NCBI GenBank assembly: GCA_016931455.1
Contig: JAFGES010000104.1
Location: 2,685-66,684 of the forward strand
Source of the DNA: Desulfobacterales bacterium
Lineage (GTDB): Bacteria; Desulfobacterota; Desulfobacteria; Desulfobacterales; JAHDSC01
Direction: 5' to 3'
Length of the DNA: 64,000 bases
The position numbers were made by a program, and so were the translations under genes. This document shows, piece after piece, positions 18,569 to 28,231 of this stretch; position 1 is the first letter of the stretch, and every line of letters begins with the position of its first letter. A model generated the notes under the pieces. It saw nothing but the letters and a program-made list of their open reading frames with translations. It was not told where the DNA came from and did not search any database.

Positions 18569-21500
18569 ATGACGCAGTTATTTTTGAAAATACTGAAAAT
18601 TTTTCTGATTATCTCAGCAATTTTTTTTGCTGTCCTGCTGTCTTTTGGAGTGGTTTTAAGTGTAGGTTGGCCATGGTGGGTGGGATTTTTTATTCTCATA
18701 GGTGCCTTGGGCCTGTGGCTGGGATTGATGTTTTTTAAAAAAATATGGCTCAGGCATCGTGAACAGCGTTTTGTCCATCAGATTATTGAGCAAGATGAAT
18801 CTTACCTGAAAACCCTAATGGGAAGGGAAAAGGAGTACTCAAAAGAGCTTCAGGCCCATTGGAAAGAGGCGATTGAATCCCTGAGATCTTCTCATTTAAA
18901 AAAATACGGCAATCCGCTCTATGTTTTACCATGGTATCTGGTTATCGGTGAGAGCGGTTCAGGTAAAACCACCGCAATAGAAAGTGCCCGTCTATCCTCG
19001 CCGTTTGCGGAAATGAGTCGAACTTCAGGAATTTCCGGAACACGAAATTGCGATTGGTGGTTTTTTGAGCAAGCCGTTATTCTCGATACCGCCGGAAGGT
19101 ATGCCATACCGGTTGACGAAGGCCGTGATAAAGAAGAATGGCAGAATTTTTTAACCTTGCTGTCTCGTTATCGAAAAAGAGAACCGTTAAATGGCCTAGT
19201 GGTGACGATTGCAGCAGATAAGCTGCTTGATGCCCGACCCGAGACTTTAGAAGAAGACGGACGAAGTATTCGGCGGCGTATTGATGAACTGATGCGCGTT
19301 CTGGGAGCAAAGTTTCCGGTATACATTCTTGTGACCAAATGCGACTTAATTCAGGGTATGACTCAATTTTGTGATCAGCTGCCGGAAAAAAGTTTGGATC
19401 AGGCGATGGGTTTTCTCAATCATGATCTAAAAACCGATGTTATGTCTTTGCATGAGCGCGGCATACTTACCCTGGGTGAACGCCTAAGAGATCTTAGACT
19501 TCTTTTGATTCATCAAGCTGAGTCCAAAGGGGTGGGGCAAAAGACCGAACGTAGCATTGACCCGAGTTTATTTCTTTTTCCGGAAGAGTTTGAAAGATTG
19601 AAATATGGTCTTAGCGCTTTTATCAAGGGGGCTTTTAAGGAGAATCCCTATCAGGAAACTCCCATTTTAAGAGGCGTTTTTTACAGCAGCGGACGTCAAG
19701 AGGGCAGTCCCTATTCTCACTTTTTAAATTCGCTGGGTTTGATTGAAGAAAAAGAAGTTTTACCGGGAACCAACAAGGGGTTGTTTCTTTTTGACTTTTT
19801 TGCGCGTATTCTGCCTAAAGATAGGAATCTCTTTGCTCCCACACAACATCGCCTTGAATGGAGCCGCCTGACAAGAAATTTAGGTTTGACGTCGTGGATT
19901 GCCGTTATCATTGCGATTTGCGGTTTATTGAGCTTTTCATTTGTAAAGAATCTAAAAACATTAAAAGATGTGTCGGTTAGTCTTTCAAAGCCCCTGATAC
20001 TGCAGGGAGAAACGTTGACGGATGCAATGATCATGGACCGTTTCCGGCAGGCCATTTTAAAAGTCGGTGAACGGAATCGTAAATGGTGGATTCCGAGGCT
20101 TGGCCTGAATGAAAGTGAAGCGGTTGAAAATAGACTCCGGGTGAAATATTGCAGAAAATTCAATGATGGTTTTTTGGCTTCCTTTGATAAACAGGTTGCC
20201 GAAAAAATGGCAAACTTTTCGCACTTGACACCCCACGAGGTTTTAGGATCGCATATAGTGCACCTTGTCAGGCGGATTAATCTTTTACAGGCCCGTCTGA
20301 AAGGTGAAAGCCTTGAAACGCTTCAAAGCTTGCCCCAGCCGTCATATGATCTCATTGCACTATCGGAAGATCAAACCCTTATGCCGGAAATACAAAATCG
20401 TTTTGGAAATCTTTACCTCTATTATTTGATTTGGCAGCCGAGTTCGGGTGGTCTTAATCAGGAAATGAACGATCTGCAAAGTTGGCTTAAACATATTTTG
20501 ACCTTAGAAGGATTACGTCTGAACTGGTTGATTACCTGGGTAAACCAAAAAGCTTCTCTTTCCGGTTTAAATTTAAAAGATTTCTGGAGTGTCGACTTGC
20601 CGGAATCGGAAAAAATTACGATACCGCCGGCTTTTACCGTCAAAGGAAAAGAACGGATTGAATTATTTATTAAAGAAATTGAATCCGCCCTCTTTGATCC
20701 GCTGGTCATTGCAAATCAAAAACTTGAGTTTCAAACATTCTACCGAAATGAGTACATTCAAGCATGGTATGATTTCGGGGCTGTTTTTCCACAAGGTGAA
20801 AAGGGGCTGCAGAGCATGGAACAGAGGCGACAGACAGCGGCTGCCATGGCCGGTGATCAAAGCCCTTATTTTGTTTTGCTGGATCGAATGTCAGCCGAAT
20901 TGAAACCGATAGCCGTTGGAGAAAATTTGCCTGACTGGATAAAGCTTGTTTTTGATTTTCATGCCGTCGGAATGCAAGTATCCCAGATGGGGGATCTGAA
21001 AGAAAAAGGCGTATTTTCCAAAGCGACTGAAAAGGGAAAAGCATTCATTACAAAGTTGGAAAAAAAGACGGAAGGTTCGACTTTGGGAAAAGCGCTGGAG
21101 TCGCAATTGATCGCTGCGCAAGCATTGCAAGCTTATCAAAATGCTCTGGCTCAGATTACCCCGGCCACCGCTTCGCGAAGAGTGTCTTTTCAAATGGCCG
21201 GCCAAGCATTCGGCGAAGATCCGGTGACCGGTCAGTCGCTGTTTTTCTTATCCCAAAATGCTGTAACTAAGCTTAAAACAGCTTTGTCCGGCGCTACTTC
21301 CAATCAAAAAATGTTTTGGAAACTGGTTAACGGACCATTTGATTATCTTTGGAACTTTGTTTGTAATGAAGCTGCCTGCCAAATACAAAATTTATGGGAA
21401 AAAGAGGTTTTGGTCGAAGTGCAAGGGATATCTTCTCGGACAAACTTGACCCAGTTGCTTTTGGGACCCGATGGGTATGCAACGAAATTTACAAAAGAAT

Positions 21501-22075
21501 CCGCGGCACCCTTTATCAATAGAAGCCTGAAAAAGGGGTATTATGCAAAAACAATCTTCGGTACAAGCCTTCCATTTCATAAAGAATTTTTTTCTTTTTT
21601 AGAAAAGGGAGTCAAAGCCGCAAGACCTGTCAAAAGCAATTACAGCGTTTCGATCAAAGGTCTTCCCACCGATGCAAATGCCGGTGCTCGGCTCAAGCCC
21701 CATGCAACCCGGCTACAGTTGCAATGTGCGGATGACATTCAGAGTATGATTAATTTAAATTACCCGATACGCAAAGGCTTCAATTGGTCTCCTCAAAATT
21801 GCGGGGATGTTGTTTTTAAAATCGAGGTGGGAAGTCTTGTTTTGACTCAAAAATACACAGGAGATCAAGCCTTCCCAAGGTTTTTAAAAGATTTCGCAGG
21901 TGGGCGTACCTTTTATCCGGATGATTTTCCCCAAGAAGCAGCTGCTTTGAAGCGTATGGGAATCGAATATATGAAGGTCAAATATGAATTTAAGGGGCAC
22001 GAACCGATATTAGAATTACTTCGCGAAAGACCGGGAAGAGTACCAAGGACCATCGTGACGTGCTGGGATCAATAA
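18569..22075 (+). CDS. tssM: T6SS TssM/IcmF
   Basis: LPWYLVIGESGSGKTT, CDWWF, DTAGRY, PLNG, PVY..TKCDL..G, RGVFYSSG. Confidence 0.95.
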   Translation: MTQLFLKILKIFLIISAIFFAVLLSFGVVLSVGWPWWVGFFILIGALGLWLGLMFFKKIWLRHREQRFVHQIIEQDESYLKTLMGREKEYSKELQAHWKEAIESLRSSHLKKYGNPLYVLPWYLVIGESGSGKTTAIESARLSSPFAEMSRTSGISGTRNCDWWFFEQAVILDTAGRYAIPVDEGRDKEEWQNFLTLLSRYRKREPLNGLVVTIAADKLLDARPETLEEDGRSIRRRIDELMRVLGAKFPVYILVTKCDLIQGMTQFCDQLPEKSLDQAMGFLNHDLKTDVMSLHERGILTLGERLRDLRLLLIHQAESKGVGQKTERSIDPSLFLFPEEFERLKYGLSAFIKGAFKENPYQETPILRGVFYSSGRQEGSPYSHFLNSLGLIEEKEVLPGTNKGLFLFDFFARILPKDRNLFAPTQHRLEWSRLTRNLGLTSWIAVIIAICGLLSFSFVKNLKTLKDVSVSLSKPLILQGETLTDAMIMDRFRQAILKVGERNRKWWIPRLGLNESEAVENRLRVKYCRKFNDGFLASFDKQVAEKMANFSHLTPHEVLGSHIVHLVRRINLLQARLKGESLETLQSLPQPSYDLIALSEDQTLMPEIQNRFGNLYLYYLIWQPSSGGLNQEMNDLQSWLKHILTLEGLRLNWLITWVNQKASLSGLNLKDFWSVDLPESEKITIPPAFTVKGKERIELFIKEIESALFDPLVIANQKLEFQTFYRNEYIQAWYDFGAVFPQGEKGLQSMEQRRQTAAAMAGDQSPYFVLLDRMSAELKPIAVGENLPDWIKLVFDFHAVGMQVSQMGDLKEKGVFSKATEKGKAFITKLEKKTEGSTLGKALESQLIAAQALQAYQNALAQITPATASRRVSFQMAGQAFGEDPVTGQSLFFLSQNAVTKLKTALSGATSNQKMFWKLVNGPFDYLWNFVCNEAACQIQNLWEKEVLVEVQGISSRTNLTQLLLGPDGYATKFTKESAAPFINRSLKKGYYAKTIFGTSLPFHKEFFSFLEKGVKAARPVKSNYSVSIKGLPTDANAGARLKPHATRLQLQCADDIQSMINLNYPIRKGFNWSPQNCGDVVFKIEVGSLVLTQKYTGDQAFPRFLKDFAGGRTFYPDDFPQEAAALKRMGIEYMKVKYEFKGHEPILELLRERPGRVPRTIVTCWDQ

Positions 22076-22866
22076 GATCAAGAAATAATAACGATTGGGA
22101 ATATATTGCCTGTGGAAAGCATCCGATTGCCGGGGATTATTTCCAGGTGGGTTCGAGTGATCCGATACTGAAGGCTTTCTCGGATTGGGTCGAAAATGGT
22201 TACCGGCTGTTAAATAGAAAACGCAACCCAAACGATTCCGCCAATCACTATTCATGGCGGTTTTGGTCGAAAGGTCCTCGCAAAGGAAGCCTTATTTGCG
22301 GCGTCGTTGTAGATAGCAGCGACCGCTTGGGTAGGCGTTATCCGTTTTTGATTATGGGAAAAGGATTTCTGATCGGATGGGAAAATTACTGGGATCTATT
22401 GCCGTTTGCTTTAGATAAAATTTGGGGGCATATGCAATATTTGTCTTATGGACGGTTTATTGATTTTAAACAATTGGAAGATAATATTCGGTCGATTAAA
22501 TCGCCTCAGGCCCAATGGGCTGAGTTTTCTAGTCAAAGAGAAAAACAAACGGAAACTGAATTATCAAAGTCTTCCACTAAATTAAACCCCGATTTTAGAA
22601 TAGATCTTAAAGAAGTAAAAGAATCCGTCCGGCGACTTTCAAACGGCGGCGACCTTTTTGTTTCTTTGAAAATTAAACCCTTACAAAATTCATTCGGCTT
22701 AGCAGCGTTATGGAATTTCCATTTGAAAACTCATACTCACCATGTTCCTAATGCAGTCTTTATGGGTGGAATTCCTGAAGAAGAATGGATGGCTGTTTTT
22801 CAACGACCATTAGTGACTCAGGATTTCGTTCGGCTATGGTCTATCGGGTCAAAGTGTGAGGGGTAA
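22060..22866 (+). CDS. tagF: T6SS accessory TagF
   Basis: GKHPIAGDY, WRF, SSDRLGRRYP. Confidence 0.85.
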   Translation: MLGSIRSRNNNDWEYIACGKHPIAGDYFQVGSSDPILKAFSDWVENGYRLLNRKRNPNDSANHYSWRFWSKGPRKGSLICGVVVDSSDRLGRRYPFLIMGKGFLIGWENYWDLLPFALDKIWGHMQYLSYGRFIDFKQLEDNIRSIKSPQAQWAEFSSQREKQTETELSKSSTKLNPDFRIDLKEVKESVRRLSNGGDLFVSLKIKPLQNSFGLAALWNFHLKTHTHHVPNAVFMGGIPEEEWMAVFQRPLVTQDFVRLWSIGSKCEG

Positions 22867-22939
22867 AAATTCGGAGTTTTTGGTTTGAAGTTTCCTAATC
22901 CTTATGATTTGATCAAAAAGGGTAGAAAGGTTCTTTTTT

Positions 22940-23752
22940 ATGGACTCAAAAGATCTGATTAAAGCCGGTAGACTTTTTGAAGCACGCAATCAATTAACTG
23001 ATGAGGTCAAGTCTTCACCTGCTGATTTAGGTAAGCGTACACTTTTATTTCAGGTTTTGTCTTATTACGGCAAATGGGATCAAGCACAGCGACATCTAGA
23101 TGTTATTGGTGCCCAAGATTCAAGCAAGCAGACAGGCGTTCAAGTTTATAAGAACTTGATCCACGCGGAAAAAGAGCGAATGGAAGTTTTCAACTTGGAG
23201 CGTCGGCCGTCTTTTTTGCCCAAAACACCATCTTATATCGAAATGCACTTTGAGGCTTGGTCCAAGATAAGTGAAAAAAAAATAGAAGAAGCAAAGAAAA
23301 TTTTTGATCAAATCGAGGCTCAGCGCAGGGTTTTGTCGGGTACCGTAAACGGGAAATATTTTTCCGGTTTTAAAGATACGGATTCCATGTTGAGTTTCTT
23401 CATTGAAGCTTTTGTCCATGACCGCTATATATGGATACCGATTGAGTACATCAGAGAACTGACGATTTCAACCCCGAAAACTCTATTTGATCTTTTGTGG
23501 GGTACCGCCCTGATCACCACTTGGGAGGAAGGACTGACAATCAACTGTTATCTTCCTGTGCTTTATCCGAATTCCTTCTTGAATACGGATGATCGCATCA
23601 AGCTGGGTCGAATGACGGATTGGACTCCTCTCGGCGGGCCGTTTTCGCAGGGCATGGGACAGCATGTCTATGAAATCGGAGAAGATGAAACGGCCATTCT
23701 GGAAATTCAAGAGGTATTGTTTAAACCCTTTATTGAAAATGAAAATGAATAA
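22940..23752 (+). CDS. tagJ: T6SS accessory TagJ (ImpE/SciE)
   Basis: P.DLGKR.LLFQ, DTDS, YIWIP, DLLW, LPVLYP, LGRMTDW, GMGQH. Confidence 0.88.
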   Translation: MDSKDLIKAGRLFEARNQLTDEVKSSPADLGKRTLLFQVLSYYGKWDQAQRHLDVIGAQDSSKQTGVQVYKNLIHAEKERMEVFNLERRPSFLPKTPSYIEMHFEAWSKISEKKIEEAKKIFDQIEAQRRVLSGTVNGKYFSGFKDTDSMLSFFIEAFVHDRYIWIPIEYIRELTISTPKTLFDLLWGTALITTWEEGLTINCYLPVLYPNSFLNTDDRIKLGRMTDWTPLGGPFSQGMGQHVYEIGEDETAILEIQEVLFKPFIENENE

Positions 23753-25118
23753 AATAAAAATTGATATCGATGCAATTTTAGCCCCTATTCCAGGGGAAAA
23801 TCCTGCCGGTGAAGACCTTCGTTATACCTCGGTCTATGATGAAATCAAGGAAGCGAGAAGGGCTGATGACGTGCTTGATCAAGGGGATTGGCAGCATGAA
23901 GTCAAAACATCGGATTGGGACAAGGTTATCAAAATCGCTGTGGACGCCTTGACTCAAAAAACTAAAGACTTGCAGATCGCCGCCTGGCTGACGGAAGGAT
24001 TAATTAAGATCGAGGGATTTAATGGGCTTAAAACGGGGATTAAAATACTTACCGGTTTTTTAACCGATTACTGGGACCATGTTTACCCGGAAATAGAAGA
24101 CGAAGATCTTGATTTCAGAGTGGGGCCGCTTGAATTTATCAATGATAAGCTTTGGCTCCGGATAAGGCAGATACCCATTACAGACCCCCATGTAACATCG
24201 GGCTATTCGTGGATCAAATGGCAGGAATCGCGCCAAGTCGGCTATGAATCCGACACGAAAAATAAGTATGGTGATGTGGATGAAAATAAAAAGAAAACTC
24301 GTGATGGTTTAATCGCTGAAGGTAAGTTGACTGCCGAGGATTTCGATTCCGCCGTTGCTCTTTCTACAAGGGCTTACTATGAATCCTTGAGCGAAAGTCT
24401 GAGTGCTTCTTGGGAAGCATTTCAGACCTTTGACGGAGTTCTTGACGAAAAATTCGGTGCCAATGCTCCCCGAATGGCCGAATTTAAAAGTGCTGTTGAA
24501 GACTGTCAAAACCTTGTTTCAAGGTTGCTCAAAGATAAAAGAGATCTTGAGCCGGAACCCGAACCCGAAGCGGAACCCCAAGTAGATCAAGAAAAAGAGC
24601 CGGAGGAAATTTTATCGACCGAAAAGACGAAAAAAAAAGTGACAAAATTGAAGACCGCGGCTGTCCCTGAAAGCCGTCCGCAAGCTTCTTTTGCCGGTTC
24701 CTTTCCGGCAACCCCGTTATTAGATGCAGGAGATCGGGAAATAGCGATGTGGAATAACGCGCTGGAGATGCTTAAATCCGCCGGTCTTAAAAAAGCGCTG
24801 GAACAACTGCTCGGGGCCTCTTGCAGCGTGCCCTCGGTCAGAGAACGAAATCGCTATCGGCTTCTTGTGGCCAAACTGTGTCTGAAGGCTGAAAGGCCCG
24901 ATTTGGCCAGACCCATTGTTGAAGAATTGAACACTCTTATCGAAGAGCTTAACTTAGAACGTTGGGAATCTCCTATATGGATTGCAGAGGTACTGGATGC
25001 ACTGTATCAGTGCCTGACATCCGGAGAACCCTTTGATGAAGACTTAGAGCGCGCAAGAGTACTATTTAGAAAACTTTGCACTACGGATGTCACCAAAGCA
25101 ATGATTTATAGAAACTAA
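23745..25118 (+). CDS. tssA: T6SS TssA (ImpA-N domain)
   Basis: LAPI.GENPAGEDLRY, DW, TKDLQIAAWLTE, YWDHVYP; C-terminal LERWES; start set at the ATG overlapping the tagJ stop. Confidence 0.92.
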   Translation: MNKIKIDIDAILAPIPGENPAGEDLRYTSVYDEIKEARRADDVLDQGDWQHEVKTSDWDKVIKIAVDALTQKTKDLQIAAWLTEGLIKIEGFNGLKTGIKILTGFLTDYWDHVYPEIEDEDLDFRVGPLEFINDKLWLRIRQIPITDPHVTSGYSWIKWQESRQVGYESDTKNKYGDVDENKKKTRDGLIAEGKLTAEDFDSAVALSTRAYYESLSESLSASWEAFQTFDGVLDEKFGANAPRMAEFKSAVEDCQNLVSRLLKDKRDLEPEPEPEAEPQVDQEKEPEEILSTEKTKKKVTKLKTAAVPESRPQASFAGSFPATPLLDAGDREIAMWNNALEMLKSAGLKKALEQLLGASCSVPSVRERNRYRLLVAKLCLKAERPDLARPIVEELNTLIEELNLERWESPIWIAEVLDALYQCLTSGEPFDEDLERARVLFRKLCTTDVTKAMIYRN

Positions 25119-25142
25119 ATTTTTCATCAGAAAGGAGCGAAC

Positions 25143-25670
25143 ATGGCTAAAGAGAGTCTACAACATACCCTTGACCGGGTAAGGGCTCCTAGAGTCCATA
25201 TAACCTATGACGTAGAGATCGGTGACGCCATCGAGATGAAGGAAATTCCCTTTGTTGTCGGGGTCCTGGCTGATCTTTCCGGTAAACCGGATGAACCCCT
25301 TCCAAAGTTGAAAGACCGTAAATTCATTGAAATCGATCGGGATAATTTCAATAATGTTCTTGAGGGAATGAAACCGAGGTTGGCCTTTAGAGTCGACAAT
25401 AAATTAACGGATGAAGATACTAAAATGGCGGTTGAGTTAAGGTTTAAGTCGATTGATGATTTTCATCCGGAACGCGTTGCGGACCAAATAACACCGGTAC
25501 GCAAACTTGTAGAGGCCAGACGTCGGCTTTCCGATTTGCTCACCAAGTTAGACGGCAATGATAAGCTGGATGAACTGCTTCAGGATGTTATTTCCAATAC
25601 GGACACCCTGAAAAAACTCGGAGAGGAGGCTGGGGTAGAAAAACCTGAAGAAGAGGCAAAAGAAAAGTAG
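25143..25670 (+). CDS. tssB: T6SS sheath small subunit TssB
   Basis: RAPRVHITYDVE, IPFVVGVLADLSG, IDRDNF, DDFHPE. Confidence 0.97.
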   Translation: MAKESLQHTLDRVRAPRVHITYDVEIGDAIEMKEIPFVVGVLADLSGKPDEPLPKLKDRKFIEIDRDNFNNVLEGMKPRLAFRVDNKLTDEDTKMAVELRFKSIDDFHPERVADQITPVRKLVEARRRLSDLLTKLDGNDKLDELLQDVISNTDTLKKLGEEAGVEKPEEEAKEK

Positions 25671-25682
25671 AGGAGAAGTTTC

Positions 25683-27179
25683 ATGGCTGAAAATGAAAAA
25701 CAGGAAACACCACAGGCTGCTCAGGCCGAAGAAATCCAAGAGGAAAAAAGCGTCTTAGACCGGATCATCGAAGAAGGCCGTATGGCGCGCGAAGAAAGCC
25801 AGAAAGAATGGGCCAAGGATCTTATTGGAGAGTTTGTCGGGCAGATCATGGAAGGAACCATGGTAATTTCGAAAGATACGGAAGCCATGATCAATGCCAG
25901 AATAAGCCAGATCGACAGACTGATTTCCATGCAACTCAATGAAGTGATGCACACCCCTGAGTTTCAAAAACTTGAGGCATCCTGGAGAGGGTTGCATTAT
26001 CTGGTGCACCAAAGTGAAACCGGCGAACGATTGAAGCTCAGAGTGCTCAATGTTTCTAAAAAGGACCTTCTTAAAGATATGGAAAAGGCCAGCGAATTCG
26101 ATCAGTCGGCTCTTTTTAAGAAGGTATATGAAGAGGAGTTCGGCATGTTCGGCGGTGCGGCTTATGGTGCTTTAATCGGAGATTACGAGTTCAGCAACCA
26201 TCCACAGGATCTATCCTTACTCGAAAAAATATCGCAGGTGGCGGCGGCGGCGCATGCGCCGTTTATCTCCGCTGCATCCCCGCAACTGTTTAACTGGGAT
26301 AGTTTCACCGAGCTAGGCGGTCCCCGTGATATGGCTAAGGTTTTCCAGACGGTGGAATATGCGAAATGGAAATCATTTCGGGACTCCGAAGATTCAAGGT
26401 ATGTCGCCTTAGCGCTTCCCCACATTCTGATGCGGCTTCCATATGGTCAGGCCAATGTTCCGGTAGAATCTTTTAATTATGAAGAGGATGTGGACGGCAC
26501 CACTCATGACAAATACCTTTGGGGCAATGCCGCCTATGCATTAGGGGCGCGTTTGACCGATGCCTTTGCCAAATATCATTGGACTGCCGCTATCAGAGGA
26601 GTTGAAGGCGGCGGTCTGGTCGAGGGATTACCGGTGCATACCTTTCGAACCGATGAGGGAGACGTTGCCCTGAAGTGTCCTACGGAAATAGCGATCACGG
26701 ACCGACGAGAAAAGGAATTTGCCGATTTGGGCTTTATTCCGCTGGTGCACTGTAAGGGGACCGATTATGCAGCATTTTTCAGTACTCAGACAGCCAACAA
26801 GCCCAAGGTCTATGATACGGATTTTGCCAACGCCAATGCGCGACTGTCTTCGCAATTACAATATATATTAGCGGTTTCACGGTTTGCTCATTATCTGAAA
26901 TCGATCATGCGAGACAAAATCGGCAGTTTTATGACTCGTAAGAATGCCGAAGACTTTTTGAATCGCTGGATCAACAACTATGTCCTTCTCGATGACGATG
27001 CCGGGCAGGAAATGAAAGCGAAATTTCCTTTACGAGAAGCAAGGATCGATGTCAGTGAAATGCCGGGCAAACCCGGGGCGTATCGAGCCGTAGCCTTCCT
27101 CAAGCCTCATTACCAACTGGATGAATTGACCGTCTCGTTGAGGCTTGTTGCGGAGCTGCCACCCCCGGCACAAGGTTAA
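25683..27179 (+). CDS. tssC: T6SS sheath large subunit TssC
   Basis: FQKLEASWRGL, AAHAPF, RLPYG, GGGLVEGLP, SRFAHYLK, LKPHYQL. Confidence 0.97.
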   Translation: MAENEKQETPQAAQAEEIQEEKSVLDRIIEEGRMAREESQKEWAKDLIGEFVGQIMEGTMVISKDTEAMINARISQIDRLISMQLNEVMHTPEFQKLEASWRGLHYLVHQSETGERLKLRVLNVSKKDLLKDMEKASEFDQSALFKKVYEEEFGMFGGAAYGALIGDYEFSNHPQDLSLLEKISQVAAAAHAPFISAASPQLFNWDSFTELGGPRDMAKVFQTVEYAKWKSFRDSEDSRYVALALPHILMRLPYGQANVPVESFNYEEDVDGTTHDKYLWGNAAYALGARLTDAFAKYHWTAAIRGVEGGGLVEGLPVHTFRTDEGDVALKCPTEIAITDRREKEFADLGFIPLVHCKGTDYAAFFSTQTANKPKVYDTDFANANARLSSQLQYILAVSRFAHYLKSIMRDKIGSFMTRKNAEDFLNRWINNYVLLDDDAGQEMKAKFPLREARIDVSEMPGKPGAYRAVAFLKPHYQLDELTVSLRLVAELPPPAQG

Positions 27180-27250
27180 TTATAAGGTTTGATCATTGAG
27201 TTTGTATTCTTAATTTTTTTCTAAACTTATACATAAGGAGGAAATACGCC

Positions 27251-27739
27251 ATGGCAGTCGATAGTTTTCTGAAAATTGACGGTATACCTGGAGAAAGCAC
27301 GGATGATAAACATAAGGACTGGATCGAAATACTTTCCTATAGCTGGGGAGCTTCTCAGATGGTATCGCGATCAGCCAGCACCTCGGGTGGAGCTACCGCC
27401 GCTCGTGCTGATTTCCAAGATTTTTCCGTTGTCAAAACATTGGATAAGGCATCTCCAAAGCTGGCGGTCAGTTGTGCCGATGGGACCCATATTAAAGAGG
27501 TGATCGTCGAGTTGTGTCGGGCAGGGGGAGATAAGATGCCCTACATGGAGTACAAGATGAGTGATTGCATCATTAGTTCGGTATCTGTCGGTGGGGGCGG
27601 AGGCGGTGAGCCGACCGAGTCGCTGACATTTAATTATGGGAAAATCGAGTGGACCTACACGCAGCAAAAACGTGCGGACGGCAGCCCGGGAGGAAAAGTA
27701 CCGGCAGGCTGGGACCTGGAAAAAAATAAGAAACTCTAA
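27251..27739 (+). CDS. hcp: T6SS tube protein Hcp
   Basis: FLKIDGIPGES.DDKHKDWIE, DKASPKL, GWDLEKNK; RBS AAGGAGG. Confidence 0.97.
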   Translation: MAVDSFLKIDGIPGESTDDKHKDWIEILSYSWGASQMVSRSASTSGGATAARADFQDFSVVKTLDKASPKLAVSCADGTHIKEVIVELCRAGGDKMPYMEYKMSDCIISSVSVGGGGGGEPTESLTFNYGKIEWTYTQQKRADGSPGGKVPAGWDLEKNKKL

Positions 27740-27751
27740 TACCGCCTGAGT

Positions 27752-28231
27752 ATGGTACTACAAAATCGGCAAAACATACAGACATCCATTCTGGACAGGC
27801 TTGTGGACGAAGAACCGGGGATTTCCCGCGAGCCTGTTCAGTATCGTCTGGTCAATATCGGTCAAATTAAGAGGTCGGTCGTAAGAGATTTGGAAAATCT
27901 GCTCAATTCCCGGCGTCAGATAGTGATTCCGCATGCGGTATACAAAGAGATCAATAACTCTCTATTTGTCTATGGATTGCGGGATTTTACATCTCAAAAC
28001 CCTAAAAGTCCGTCGGTGAAACAGCAACTTCGTCAGGATATTGAAAAGACGATTTCGCGGTTTGAGCCCCGGTTAAAGAATGTGGCGGTTCATCTAGAAC
28101 CCCTCGGTAAGAACGAGCGAAATTTGAGGTTCAGAATTACCGCGCTTCTATCCATGGAGCCGATAAATGAACCGGTGACTTTCGATACCTATTTTGATGT
28201 TAATAAGGGAGAATACATTATTTCTAAATAA
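27752..28231 (+). CDS. tssE: T6SS baseplate TssE
   Basis: SILDRL, RDLENLLNSR, YGL.DF, FEPRL. Confidence 0.95.
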   Translation: MVLQNRQNIQTSILDRLVDEEPGISREPVQYRLVNIGQIKRSVVRDLENLLNSRRQIVIPHAVYKEINNSLFVYGLRDFTSQNPKSPSVKQQLRQDIEKTISRFEPRLKNVAVHLEPLGKNERNLRFRITALLSMEPINEPVTFDTYFDVNKGEYIISK